A DNA stretch of 29,889 nt from Gemmatimonadota bacterium (GCA_036679605.1 JAZDCZ010000420.1:1-29889); one strand, 5' to 3'; shown: positions 18,042-26,357, counted from the stretch's first letter. Program-made: numbers and translations. The notes: a model not told the origin generated them from the letters alone.

Positions 18042-18875
18042 TTACTTGTCGTGACACTTCAGGCACAGATAACCGGAGGGGCCGCTCGAGTTGCCCGTTA
18101 GAGTTCCGCGCAGGAAGTAAGAGTCCTGCACCGTCGAACTGTTGTGCGGGTCATGACACGAGGAGCACTCGATACCGGCGTTGCCTTCCTGTGCTCCGGC
18201 CAGGGCGCTGCCCGCACCGGAATCGACGAAGAGCCGAATGCCGTTGACGCGAGGGTCGGGCACCCACTCCATGACGACGTCCGCTCCTGTGGTTATGCCG
18301 TTGTAGGTCTCACCGCTGGTGTTATTGAACGGGAACGGCACACCCACCGGATGGTTACCGCTCAGGTTACCCCCTTGACCGACCGTGATCGGCTGGTCGA
18401 GATGGGTTTCCGGATTTAGAGGCGTAGTCGGCGCAACCTTGTCGAACCAAGCTACATCGCCGATAGCGACGCTACCGTCGTGGCAAGACAGACAGTTACG
18501 TGTCGGCCCTATCCACGTCTGCAGGTTCGATGGCAGGTCCGTGCCGCCCATCGTCGTTGTCTCATCCCAAGTATAAGCCTGGGAGGCCATGGTGTGGTTC
18601 CACAGCAAGCGTGTACTGATCGCGCGGTGAGGCGTGTGGCAGAATGTACACAGCCCGACGGCGACCGGGGCCGCGCCCCCCGTGGATGTCCCGTCGGTGA
18701 AGTCGTGTGGACTGCCGGCCAATCCGCCTTGGGCCAAGCTGGACGCGGGCATGATCATGATCAACACCATGGCAACGGCCACCGACATCGCAGCTAGGGC
18801 CGCTGTCCGTGGCCGCAACAGGTTATTGCTCTCGTCTTCGATTTGATTGAGTTCGATCTTGTATGTTCGCTTCAT
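18042..18875 (-). CDS. OmcE-like tetraheme cytochrome c (putative nanowire subunit), copy B
   Basis: SPHDF, CTFCHTPH, LLWNH, CLSCHDG, NHPVG, ECSSCHDPH, FLR, LCLKCH: the motif order of Geobacter OmcE; long signal peptide ending SLA-Q. Confidence 0.92.
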   Translation of the reverse strand: MKRTYKIELNQIEDESNNLLRPRTAALAAMSVAVAMVLIMIMPASSLAQGGLAGSPHDFTDGTSTGGAAPVAVGLCTFCHTPHRAISTRLLWNHTMASQAYTWDETTTMGGTDLPSNLQTWIGPTRNCLSCHDGSVAIGDVAWFDKVAPTTPLNPETHLDQPITVGQGGNLSGNHPVGVPFPFNNTSGETYNGITTGADVVMEWVPDPRVNGIRLFVDSGAGSALAGAQEGNAGIECSSCHDPHNSSTVQDSYFLRGTLTGNSSGPSGYLCLKCHDK

Positions 18876-18937
18876 GGCTTGCCCCCCCCCATCGGAGCGA
18901 CCGTAAATCGTAATTCACTGACTAGTGACTTACACAG

Positions 18938-18954
18938 AGCAAAAGGGCTGCCAG
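18938..18954 (-). promoter_or_regulatory. sigma-54 promoter, copy B
   Basis: Minus strand CTGGCAGCCCTTTTGCT, GG-N10-GC. Confidence 0.9.
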
Positions 18955-18988
18955 CTCGGCGGAGCCCCCACGGCAAGCTCCCAATACC

Positions 18989-19013
18989 GGCTAACTAGCT
19001 AATTAATAGTATG
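18989..19013. promoter_or_regulatory. AT-rich IHF-like bending site, copy B
   Basis: GGCTAACTAGCTAATTAATAGTATG, identical in both duplicated promoters, 35-60 bp upstream of the -24 box; partial match to YAANNNNTTGATW. Confidence 0.55.
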
Positions 19014-19270
19014 GTTTACCGATCCACGCGTGCTCGACGAATGTCGATAAACCCAGCGGGCCGTCCCAGCCCTGAGACAATTGCGACCGCAGGGCAAACT
19101 AAGAACTGGAGGTATCTAATTAAAAAGATTCGGGAATCATCCCCGTCCTAGGCTTGTCACGCGAACGAGACGGCTGTCACCGGATTCTCTGTGGTGAAAC
19201 CGCTCGGGGACAGTCTCCTGCAGCCGCCAGCGTCGGGTTCGGGCGAAGGCATGAATCGCAAAGCGGCGTT

Positions 19271-19483
19271 TCAAGTGCGGAAGTCTTCGGGGGTCAGAGC
19301 GTGCTTCTTCAGCAAACGGTAGAAGGTGCCGCGCGGAAGCTGTGCATGCTTCGCAGCCAAAGAGACATCACCTTCGAATCTTCGTAGTAAATCGGTCAGA
19401 TAGTCGCGCTCGAACCTGTCCCTACACTCGGAACGAAGTCGGAAAAAGCCCTCCCGAACGGACGCCTTGCCGGCCCGGATCAT
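19271..19483 (-). CDS. Stand-alone Fis-type HTH derived from the 3' end of the sigma-54 regulator (small gene or pseudogene fragment)
   Basis: TDLLRRFEGDVSLAAKHAQLPRGTFYRLLKKHALTPEDFRT nearly identical to the C-terminus of 20710-22089; ATG at 19483 where the parent has GTG; frame intact. Confidence 0.6.
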   Translation of the reverse strand: MIRAGKASVREGFFRLRSECRDRFERDYLTDLLRRFEGDVSLAAKHAQLPRGTFYRLLKKHALTPEDFRT

Positions 19484-19502
19484 AACGCACCCGTCTACGG
19501 GA

Positions 19503-19536
19503 ACCCGCCGCCCCTTGATAGGGAGGGGCGGCGGGT
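19503..19536 (-). terminator. GC-rich hairpin downstream of OmcE-like copy A
   Basis: ACCCGCCGCCCCT-TGATAGGG-AGGGGCGGCGGGT 13-bp stem; homologous to 17974-18000; no clear U-tract. Confidence 0.6.
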
Positions 19537-19571
19537 CAACGAACTCGAAACTGCCCGTTGCGTCTGCGCAA

Positions 19572-20402
19572 TCACTTGTCGTGACACTTCAGGCACAGAT
19601 AACCGGAGGGGCCGCTCGAGTTGCCCGTTAGAGTTCCGCGCAGGAAGTAAGAGTCCTGCACCGTCGAACTGTTGTGGGGGTCATGACACGAGGAACACTC
19701 GATACCGGCGTTGCCTTCCTGTGCTCCGGCCAGGGCGCTGCCAGCACCGGAATCGACGAAGAGCCGAATGCCGTTGATGCGAGGATCGGGCACCCACTCC
19801 ATGACGACGTCGGCTCCTGTGGTTATGCCGTTGTAGGTCTCACCGCTGGTGTTATTGAATGGGAACGGCACACCCACCGGATGGTTACCGCTCAGGTTAC
19901 CCCCTTGACCGACCGTAATATCCTCGTCGACATGCTTTGCCGGGTTTAGAGGCGTAACCGGTACGACCTTGTCGAACCAAGCTACATCGCCGATGGCAAC
20001 GCTGCCGTCATGGCAAGACAAACAGTTACGTGTCGGTCCTATCCACGTCTGCAGATTCGATGGTAGGTCCGTGCCGCCCATCGTCGTTGCTTCATCCCAA
20101 GTATAAGCCTGAGAGGCCAAGGTATGGTTCCACAGCAAGCGCGTACTGAACGCGCGGTGAGGCGTGTGGCAGAATGTACAAAGGCCGACGGCGACCGGGG
20201 CTGGCCCCATCTCTGTTCCGTCGGTGAAGTCGTGCGGACTGCCGGCCAATCCGCCTTGGGCCAAGCTGGCCGCGGGCATGACCATGATCAACACCATGGC
20301 AACGGCCACCGACATCGCGGCTAGGGCCGCTGTCCGTGGCCGCAAAAGGTTATTGCTCTCGTCTTCGATTTGATTGAGTTCGATTTTGTATGTTCGCTTC
20401 AT
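19572..20402 (-). CDS. OmcE-like tetraheme cytochrome c (putative nanowire subunit), copy A
   Basis: Same motifs as copy B; differs mainly in two loops. Confidence 0.92.
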   Translation of the reverse strand: MKRTYKIELNQIEDESNNLLRPRTAALAAMSVAVAMVLIMVMPAASLAQGGLAGSPHDFTDGTEMGPAPVAVGLCTFCHTPHRAFSTRLLWNHTLASQAYTWDEATTMGGTDLPSNLQTWIGPTRNCLSCHDGSVAIGDVAWFDKVVPVTPLNPAKHVDEDITVGQGGNLSGNHPVGVPFPFNNTSGETYNGITTGADVVMEWVPDPRINGIRLFVDSGAGSALAGAQEGNAGIECSSCHDPHNSSTVQDSYFLRGTLTGNSSGPSGYLCLKCHDK

Positions 20403-20447
20403 GATTTCTCGGAGCGTCTGTAATTCGCTGGTTTCTGCCCCTCACAA

Positions 20448-20464
20448 AGCAAAAGGTCTGCCAG
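20448..20464 (-). promoter_or_regulatory. sigma-54 promoter, copy A
   Basis: Minus strand CTGGCAGACCTTTTGCT, GG-N10-GC. Confidence 0.9.
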
Positions 20465-20499
20465 CCCGGCGGAGCCCTGAGGGCAAGCCCCCCAATATC

Positions 20500-20524
20500 G
20501 GCTAACTAGCTAATTAATAGTATG
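20500..20524. promoter_or_regulatory. AT-rich IHF-like bending site, copy A
   Basis: Identical 25-mer to 18989-19013. Confidence 0.55.
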
Positions 20525-20662
20525 TTTTACCGGTCCGACCGTGCTCGACGGATGTCGATCAACCCCGTGAGCGGTCCTAACCCTGAGACAGTTGCTACCG
20601 CGGGGGCAGGTCCTCAATGGGGTACTTTACTGAAAAGACTTGGGAATTGTCTCTACTCCGAG

Positions 20663-20705
20663 CTTGTCACGCGGACGAGTTCCGACTTGTCACACGGACG
20701 AGACG
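20663..20705. promoter_or_regulatory. Candidate upstream activator sequence (bEBP enhancer): 17-bp direct repeat
   Basis: CTTGTCACGCGGACGAG (20663) and CTTGTCACACGGACGAG (20686), 23-bp period, ~200-240 bp upstream of -24; homolog CTTGTCACGCGAACGAG at 19153 in copy B. Confidence 0.55.
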
Positions 20706-20709
20706 ACGA

Positions 20710-22089
20710 TCAGCGGAAGTCTTCGGGAGTCAAGACATGCTTCTTGAGCAAACGGTAGAAGGTACCGCGTGGAAGTTGGGCGTGTTTCGCAGCCGAAGAG
20801 ACATCACCTTCGAATCTTCGCAGCAAATCGGTGAAGTACTCGCGCTCGAAGCTATCCATACGCTCGGAGCGAAGTTGGAAGAAACCCTCGGGAGCGGAGG
20901 CCTCGCCGGCCTTTACCACAACTTCGTCGGGCAAGTCGTCGACCGAGATTTGGTCGTCGCGGGCCAGCACGAGGGTACGCTTGACGACGTTCTGCAGCTC
21001 GCGAACGTTCCCCGCCCAAGGCGCACGTGACAGAACATCCAAACACTCCGCGTCGATACGGGGTTCACTCCGCCCCATTTCCTGCGCGTAGCGCTCCACA
21101 AAATGAGTCACCAACAAGGGAATGTCGCTTCGCCGTTCGCGCAACGGCGGTACTTCCAGGTGAACTACGTTTACACGGTAGTATAGGTCCTCCCGGAAAC
21201 TCCCGGCACGCATCGCAGCCATCAGATCTGTCCGGGTCGCAACCAGCACACGTATGTCGACTTTGATCTCCTTTTTTCCTCCCACGCGCCGGAAAGTCCT
21301 CTCTTGCAAAGCGCGCAGGAGCTTCGCCTGTAGCGACACCGGAAGCTCGGCGACCTCGTCTAGAAAGAATGTCCCACCATCAGCGAATTCCAGCAGTCCG
21401 ATCATTTGCGTGTCGGCCCCGGTGAACGCGCCTTTTTCGTGACCGAAGAACTGGCTTTCCATCAAGTTTTCCGGGATTGCTGCACAATCCACGGGCACAA
21501 ATCGAGCACCGCTTCGTCGACTCCGTTTATGTATGCTTCTCGCCACCAACTCCTTGCCCACTCCCGTCTCTCCCGTTATGAGCACGTCGGCTTCGGTATC
21601 GGCGACTCGATTGATGGTATCGAATATCTCCTTCATCGGCGCACTAGAGCCGATGATCTCATCGAATCGATAGTCGCGTTCTACTTGTCGCTGAAGCAGG
21701 CTGTGTTCTACACGTAACCGCTTCTCATCGAGAAGCCTTTCGGCGATAGCCTGTAACTCATCGGGCTGAAACGGCTTGATCACATAATCTGCCGCGCCGA
21801 CCTTCAGCGCTTCGACCGCCGTGTCGACCGTCGGAAACGCCGTAAAGACGAGTACGCTGAGATTCGGTTCGGCTTCCTTCGCCAGGCGCAAAAGTTCGAT
21901 GCCGTTCATGCCGGGCAATCGGATATCGGTGATCAAGAGGTCGAAGCTCTCCGCCGAGATACGTTCGGCCGCTTCGCGCCCGTCCGTCTCGGTCACGACC
22001 TCGACCGATGGGATCTTGCGAAGAATATCGCGACAAACTTCAAGAATGCCGACCTCATCGTCGACTACCAAGACGCGACGTTCAGCCAT
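20710..22089 (-). CDS. sigma-54-dependent response regulator (NtrC/AtoC family: REC-AAA+-HTH)
   Basis: VLVVDDE / LITDIRLPGMNG receiver; GETGVGKE Walker A; ESQFFGHEKGAFTGA; FLDEV; WAGNVRELQN; Fis-type HTH. Confidence 0.97.
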   Translation of the reverse strand: MAERRVLVVDDEVGILEVCRDILRKIPSVEVVTETDGREAAERISAESFDLLITDIRLPGMNGIELLRLAKEAEPNLSVLVFTAFPTVDTAVEALKVGAADYVIKPFQPDELQAIAERLLDEKRLRVEHSLLQRQVERDYRFDEIIGSSAPMKEIFDTINRVADTEADVLITGETGVGKELVARSIHKRSRRSGARFVPVDCAAIPENLMESQFFGHEKGAFTGADTQMIGLLEFADGGTFFLDEVAELPVSLQAKLLRALQERTFRRVGGKKEIKVDIRVLVATRTDLMAAMRAGSFREDLYYRVNVVHLEVPPLRERRSDIPLLVTHFVERYAQEMGRSEPRIDAECLDVLSRAPWAGNVRELQNVVKRTLVLARDDQISVDDLPDEVVVKAGEASAPEGFFQLRSERMDSFEREYFTDLLRRFEGDVSSAAKHAQLPRGTFYRLLKKHVLTPEDFR

Positions 22090-23914
22090 CTACCGAGCCG
22101 CCCTCGTCGGCGCCAAGCACCAAACGCAACTTGACCCGGAAAGCCGTGCCGCGACCCGGTTCGCTCTCGATATCTATCTCGCCGCCGTGGCTCGTGACGA
22201 TGCCCAAGCAGATCGCCAAGCCCAACCCGGTGCCACGCTGTTCCCCCTTGGTCGTGAAAAACGGTTCGAATATACGACTGCGCACTTCATCCGGAATACC
22301 TACTCCGGAGTCCTCGACTATGATCGCCAGGCAGCGTTGACCGTTCGAGAGGCGCTCGCCCGCAGTACTTATCGACACCGTTAACGAGCCGCCGTTGGGT
22401 AGTGCGTCGAGCGAGTTCAGAAATAGGTTCAAAAATACCTGCTCCATTTCGTCGGCGTTCGCCTCCACAAGCGGTACCCTTTCGTCGATGTTGTCGACGA
22501 TCCGTACCTCCATCTTCTTGGCTCGTTCCGACAACATTGCGAGGGAACGTCGGATAGAAATCGAGACGTCTACGGGCCCACAAACGCCCGTAGAAGGCCG
22601 ACTGTAGGATAACAATCCTCCCGCGATTGCCGCAACCCGGTCGGAAAGCCGAATGAATTTGGCTATCTCATCCGCACACTTGTCTGACATTTCGCCGCGA
22701 TGGTCGGAGAGCAACAAACGGGATTTGGCCCCAATAATTGTTATAGGGTTGTTGACCTCGTGGGCCACATGGCCGGCGAGCTCACCGACCGCGCTCAGAC
22801 GGCCCGCTCTGAGCATCTGCGCTTCGGCTTCTTTTTGCTGGGTAACGTCCTGTGCCAGCTGGACGACTCCGCGCATCGCTCCGTCGTCATCGACGAGAGG
22901 AGCCGTAGTCAGGCGAGCTATGTGTTCTCGCTGAAACATCAAGTTCGTCGATTCGGAAGCAATGGCGTCCGCCGGCAACGCACACTCGGTGATTCTCACC
23001 ATTTTGTCATCGCGTGTGCTCTGAGACGGCGCCGTGTGGCCACCGTTGTCAACGACCGATGTCGGCCCCGGACAACCGTCGTCGCTCACGACCGGGCCTT
23101 TTTCATGAAACCACTGTTCCCATAGCCGGTTCACCCAGCGCGGCTTCAACTGCATGTCTAATACACGCAGGCCGGCACCGGTCGTTTCGAGAGCTTGCTC
23201 TAGAAGCCGGTGTTCCGCCCGCGCTTGGTATACGGCATCTTCCAACTGATTCTCGTACGACCGCGCGCGTCGAGCCAAAGTAGTCACAAGATAGGCTACG
23301 ATAAACAGCTCGCCGATTTCAACTGTAGTTTCACGCACTACTTCGAGAGAGTCCCAATCGGTGCCGGATACCGGCCCGAAAGCTAACGGCCCGAGTTGAA
23401 AACCCAACGGATGGAGAACCCCCGCCCATTCGCCCCAGGTAACCAGCGACAACAAGACCGCGGCAACTATCGCTACCGCGTAACATTGTCGTGGCGAAAG
23501 CAATACGCCAGCCAAAATTACATGGAGAATGTACAACTCCGAAAACGGATTGCCGAGATAACCGGAAAAACTCAGAAGGATCGTAAGAATGGTAAGATCG
23601 CCATAGACCTGAAGCGGCAATAGCCTCTTTATCCAGATGCGTCTTGTTACCAAGAAGGAAACGACCAAGTTGAAAGCCGCCAGAACCGCGACGGTCGCGA
23701 GCAAGGGGATGAAAACCGTGTCGGGCAAAACCTCCAGGATCTTCACCGCAAAGACCGTAAGAACGCCCGCTCCCGCTACGGCGATCCACCGCAAAGCAAT
23801 GAACCAGCGGGCATACGTCGTTAGTCGATCGTCACCCTCGGCGTACTGAAGCGCCCGCCAAGGCGTCGCGGCGGCCTTCTCGTCGAAGCGCGGTGTAGAG
23901 AATTCCCGGTTCAC
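22082..23914 (-). CDS. Membrane sensor histidine kinase (multi-TM, PAS-like, HisKA, HATPase)
   Basis: Several hydrophobic helices; AHEVNNP H-box; QVFLNLFLNSLDA, EDSGVGI, IFEPFFTTK, GTGLGL; overlaps the regulator start by 8 bp. Confidence 0.96.
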   Translation of the reverse strand: MNREFSTPRFDEKAAATPWRALQYAEGDDRLTTYARWFIALRWIAVAGAGVLTVFAVKILEVLPDTVFIPLLATVAVLAAFNLVVSFLVTRRIWIKRLLPLQVYGDLTILTILLSFSGYLGNPFSELYILHVILAGVLLSPRQCYAVAIVAAVLLSLVTWGEWAGVLHPLGFQLGPLAFGPVSGTDWDSLEVVRETTVEIGELFIVAYLVTTLARRARSYENQLEDAVYQARAEHRLLEQALETTGAGLRVLDMQLKPRWVNRLWEQWFHEKGPVVSDDGCPGPTSVVDNGGHTAPSQSTRDDKMVRITECALPADAIASESTNLMFQREHIARLTTAPLVDDDGAMRGVVQLAQDVTQQKEAEAQMLRAGRLSAVGELAGHVAHEVNNPITIIGAKSRLLLSDHRGEMSDKCADEIAKFIRLSDRVAAIAGGLLSYSRPSTGVCGPVDVSISIRRSLAMLSERAKKMEVRIVDNIDERVPLVEANADEMEQVFLNLFLNSLDALPNGGSLTVSISTAGERLSNGQRCLAIIVEDSGVGIPDEVRSRIFEPFFTTKGEQRGTGLGLAICLGIVTSHGGEIDIESEPGRGTAFRVKLRLVLGADEGGSVDG

Positions 23915-23968
23915 AGTGATGGGTTCAGTTCCCTTTACGACGATAGCGGATCTCGGACAAGCCGTTTC

Positions 23969-24811
23969 TCACGGGCCGCCGCGTACCGCACGAGCCTGAA
24001 CTGCTGCTTCCTTAGCAACAAGTCCCACACCCCCGTTAGCGAAAAAGACGCTCCAGGCCAGGCTCGCATCCGAAGCGCTTGTGGAGGCCGATAGGTAAGC
24101 GGCGGCGTTTATGGCCGGACCGAAGATGGGGTCTATACAAGGGCCTACCCCGCCACCGCAAGCACCCCTGCTAAGGTCCACGATCGATTCGAGTTCGGCC
24201 GGTTCTCCGCTTTGCGATCCGCAACAACCGGCGCTGGTCGGCAGCCGCCAGTCACAGCGGCCTGCATAACATCCGCCCGGGGTCGAAGGATCGTTGAGGC
24301 CGACCACGAACACGGTGAAGGCGGTTCCATCGGCGGCACTTCCCACGGGACCGCCTGCGCTCCACGTAAAGGTCGTGTCTTTATCGGTCAGGCCGCCCAG
24401 GTCGTCTGTTTTTTGCCATTCCAGACCGGTTTGATGGTCAATGACCGTCCCCCGCCCTGTACTTTCTAAACGCGCGATCGAGCAGGCGGCGGTATCAAAA
24501 AGACAAGCCGGGCCACAGGCCAAGCCGATCCCGAACTGTCCTTGGTCCTCACAAACCTGTCCGCCCAGATCGCCGAAGTCGCAGTCCTCGCCGGCATCTA
24601 TCACACCGTTGCCACAGCCGGGGCCGGCCGATGCCGGACACATCAAAGTGATCTGTTGGCCGACCGCGCGACGCAAAACCAGCAACGCATCCGTGGTGTT
24701 GATCGCTCCGCTGCCATCGTGGTCGCCGCAAAGTTGGAGTTGCGCAAAGGCAGGAGCGGACGTCAGCCCCGCGAGCATGATTACTACCAGCATTCGCATA
24801 TCCATACCCAT
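23969..24811 (-). CDS. Secreted DUF1566 (Lcl C-terminal) domain protein with dockerin-like and CGNG Cys-rich modules
   Basis: Start moved to ATG 24811 (or the nearby Mets) giving signal peptide ...APAFA-Q; CGDHDGSGAINTTDALLVLRRAVG; CGNGVIDAGEDCD; GTVIDHQTGLEWQK, DWRLPT, AWSVFF, ARAVRGG. Confidence 0.85.
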   Translation of the reverse strand: MGMDMRMLVVIMLAGLTSAPAFAQLQLCGDHDGSGAINTTDALLVLRRAVGQQITLMCPASAGPGCGNGVIDAGEDCDFGDLGGQVCEDQGQFGIGLACGPACLFDTAACSIARLESTGRGTVIDHQTGLEWQKTDDLGGLTDKDTTFTWSAGGPVGSAADGTAFTVFVVGLNDPSTPGGCYAGRCDWRLPTSAGCCGSQSGEPAELESIVDLSRGACGGGVGPCIDPIFGPAINAAAYLSASTSASDASLAWSVFFANGGVGLVAKEAAVQARAVRGGP

Positions 24812-25033
24812 GATCCCGCCAGTATAGCGGTGCATGCACCTCCGAGGCTGCAAACCGCGCGGAAAAGTGCACAAATGACAACGTGGAGCCGGGTCGGCCA
24901 AGTCTAGCACACGTTCCGAAGCCGACAGAAAACCCGGCGCGGCACCGCCAAAGAACCAACCACTTCTTGTGATTTGCGATCCTATCTGCTCGACTGAGTA
25001 TCGAGTCTTTGACGTAGAGACGGGGGAATTCAA

Positions 25034-26308
25034 GTGCTTAAACGAGTCTCAGTGATCATGCTTTTTGTTCTCATCGCCGGAATCGGTGGTGGCGGTATTG
25101 GCTTCTGGATAGGGCGATCCGCAGATGATGCGAGGTCTGTCTCCGACAATTCGGCGCCAACAACACAAGAGAAGCCGCCGGGGCAGGTCGGTGAAAATGT
25201 GATCGAGCGAGCGTTGACGCGACCGGTAACCGAGAGTGTACAGTCACGGCTGCCCTCTCCGCACGCGCCTCACTTCGCGAACATGCAGCGCTTCGACATA
25301 GGTCGACGTAATGTGAAAGCTTTAGTTGCCGACGGACCGATCATATGGGCCGGCACGTCAGAAGGAATCGTCAGGCACGATACCATCACCGGCAAGCACC
25401 AGATCTTCAACAACGAGAACTCCGGCTTGCTCAGTCACAGCATCTTTTTTCTCGGTAACATCGACGGCCAAATGTGGGCCGGAACCTACGGCGGAGGTTT
25501 GTACATATTAGGCGACGAGACTTGGAAGAATTATAACATGGCGCAAGGATTGGCCGACGCGTTCGTGTACGGCGTTGCCAAGACTTCCAACGGCGACACC
25601 TGGATCGCAACATGGTCGGGTGCCAACCGCGTCATCGGCGGAAGGCTCGATGATCCCTCAGCATGGGAAACCTACACAGTCGAGAACACGAACGGCGGTC
25701 TTCCCAACGATTGGGTATACAGCGTACAGGCTGATCGGGACGGCGATCTGTGGTTCGCCACCGAAGGTGGCCTCTCGCATTACAACGGCGAGACCTGGAA
25801 GCATTGGAATCACGATAACGGCTTGGGCGCCCCCTACGAGAAGGTCAAGGATCAGTTGCTCAAAACCGTCGGTAGTGACCAACAGTCGAAGCATCATAAC
25901 TGGCAGAAGGCGAAACGAGGATCCGAGGAAGTCGATGTCGCTTACAACGCCAATTACATAGTCGCAATGTATGTGGATTCGCGCGGACGGGTTCTGTGCG
26001 GCACGTGGGGCGGGGGGCTCTCCATACTTGAAAACGGAGAGTTCAAGCGCACCTACACCGCCGGAGAAGGACTCGCGGGAAACTACGTGTCCATGATTAC
26101 CGAGTCAGCCGACGGTACGATCTGGGTGGGCACGAGTCAGGGATTATCCAAGGTAATCGGCGGTACGTTCGACGACGGCTTCGTCAACTACGACACGAGC
26201 GACGGCCTCTTCAGTAATTACGTTTTTTCGATGGCGTTCGCACAGGACGGCTCCCCCTGGGTGGGGGGTTTCGGCGGAGTCGTCCATTACGCCAACGGGC
26301 TGAACTGA
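25034..26308 (+). CDS. Membrane-anchored stand-alone beta-propeller (two-component regulator propeller / Reg_prop repeats)
   Basis: N-terminal TM; repeats GLxxxxVxxxxxDxxGxxWxxTxGG; no kinase domain. Confidence 0.85.
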   Translation: MLKRVSVIMLFVLIAGIGGGGIGFWIGRSADDARSVSDNSAPTTQEKPPGQVGENVIERALTRPVTESVQSRLPSPHAPHFANMQRFDIGRRNVKALVADGPIIWAGTSEGIVRHDTITGKHQIFNNENSGLLSHSIFFLGNIDGQMWAGTYGGGLYILGDETWKNYNMAQGLADAFVYGVAKTSNGDTWIATWSGANRVIGGRLDDPSAWETYTVENTNGGLPNDWVYSVQADRDGDLWFATEGGLSHYNGETWKHWNHDNGLGAPYEKVKDQLLKTVGSDQQSKHHNWQKAKRGSEEVDVAYNANYIVAMYVDSRGRVLCGTWGGGLSILENGEFKRTYTAGEGLAGNYVSMITESADGTIWVGTSQGLSKVIGGTFDDGFVNYDTSDGLFSNYVFSMAFAQDGSPWVGGFGGVVHYANGLN

Positions 26309-26357
26309 ACGCCGCACTCCCTCCGTACAGCGAAAGGCCTTCAAGTTAAAATCAAGC

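Larger units (their letters stand above)
17974..20925 (-). repeat. Tandem duplication of a ~1.45-1.5 kb unit (regulator 3' end, promoter, tetraheme gene, hairpin)
   Basis: Unit B ~17974-19486 and unit A ~19505-20925 align across hairpin, CDS, promoter elements and HTH-coding segment. Confidence 0.9.

Noticed and set aside
18042..20402. Assigning the gene symbol omcE
   Set aside because: Motif order matches from recall, but orthology cannot be established without a search or phylogeny.
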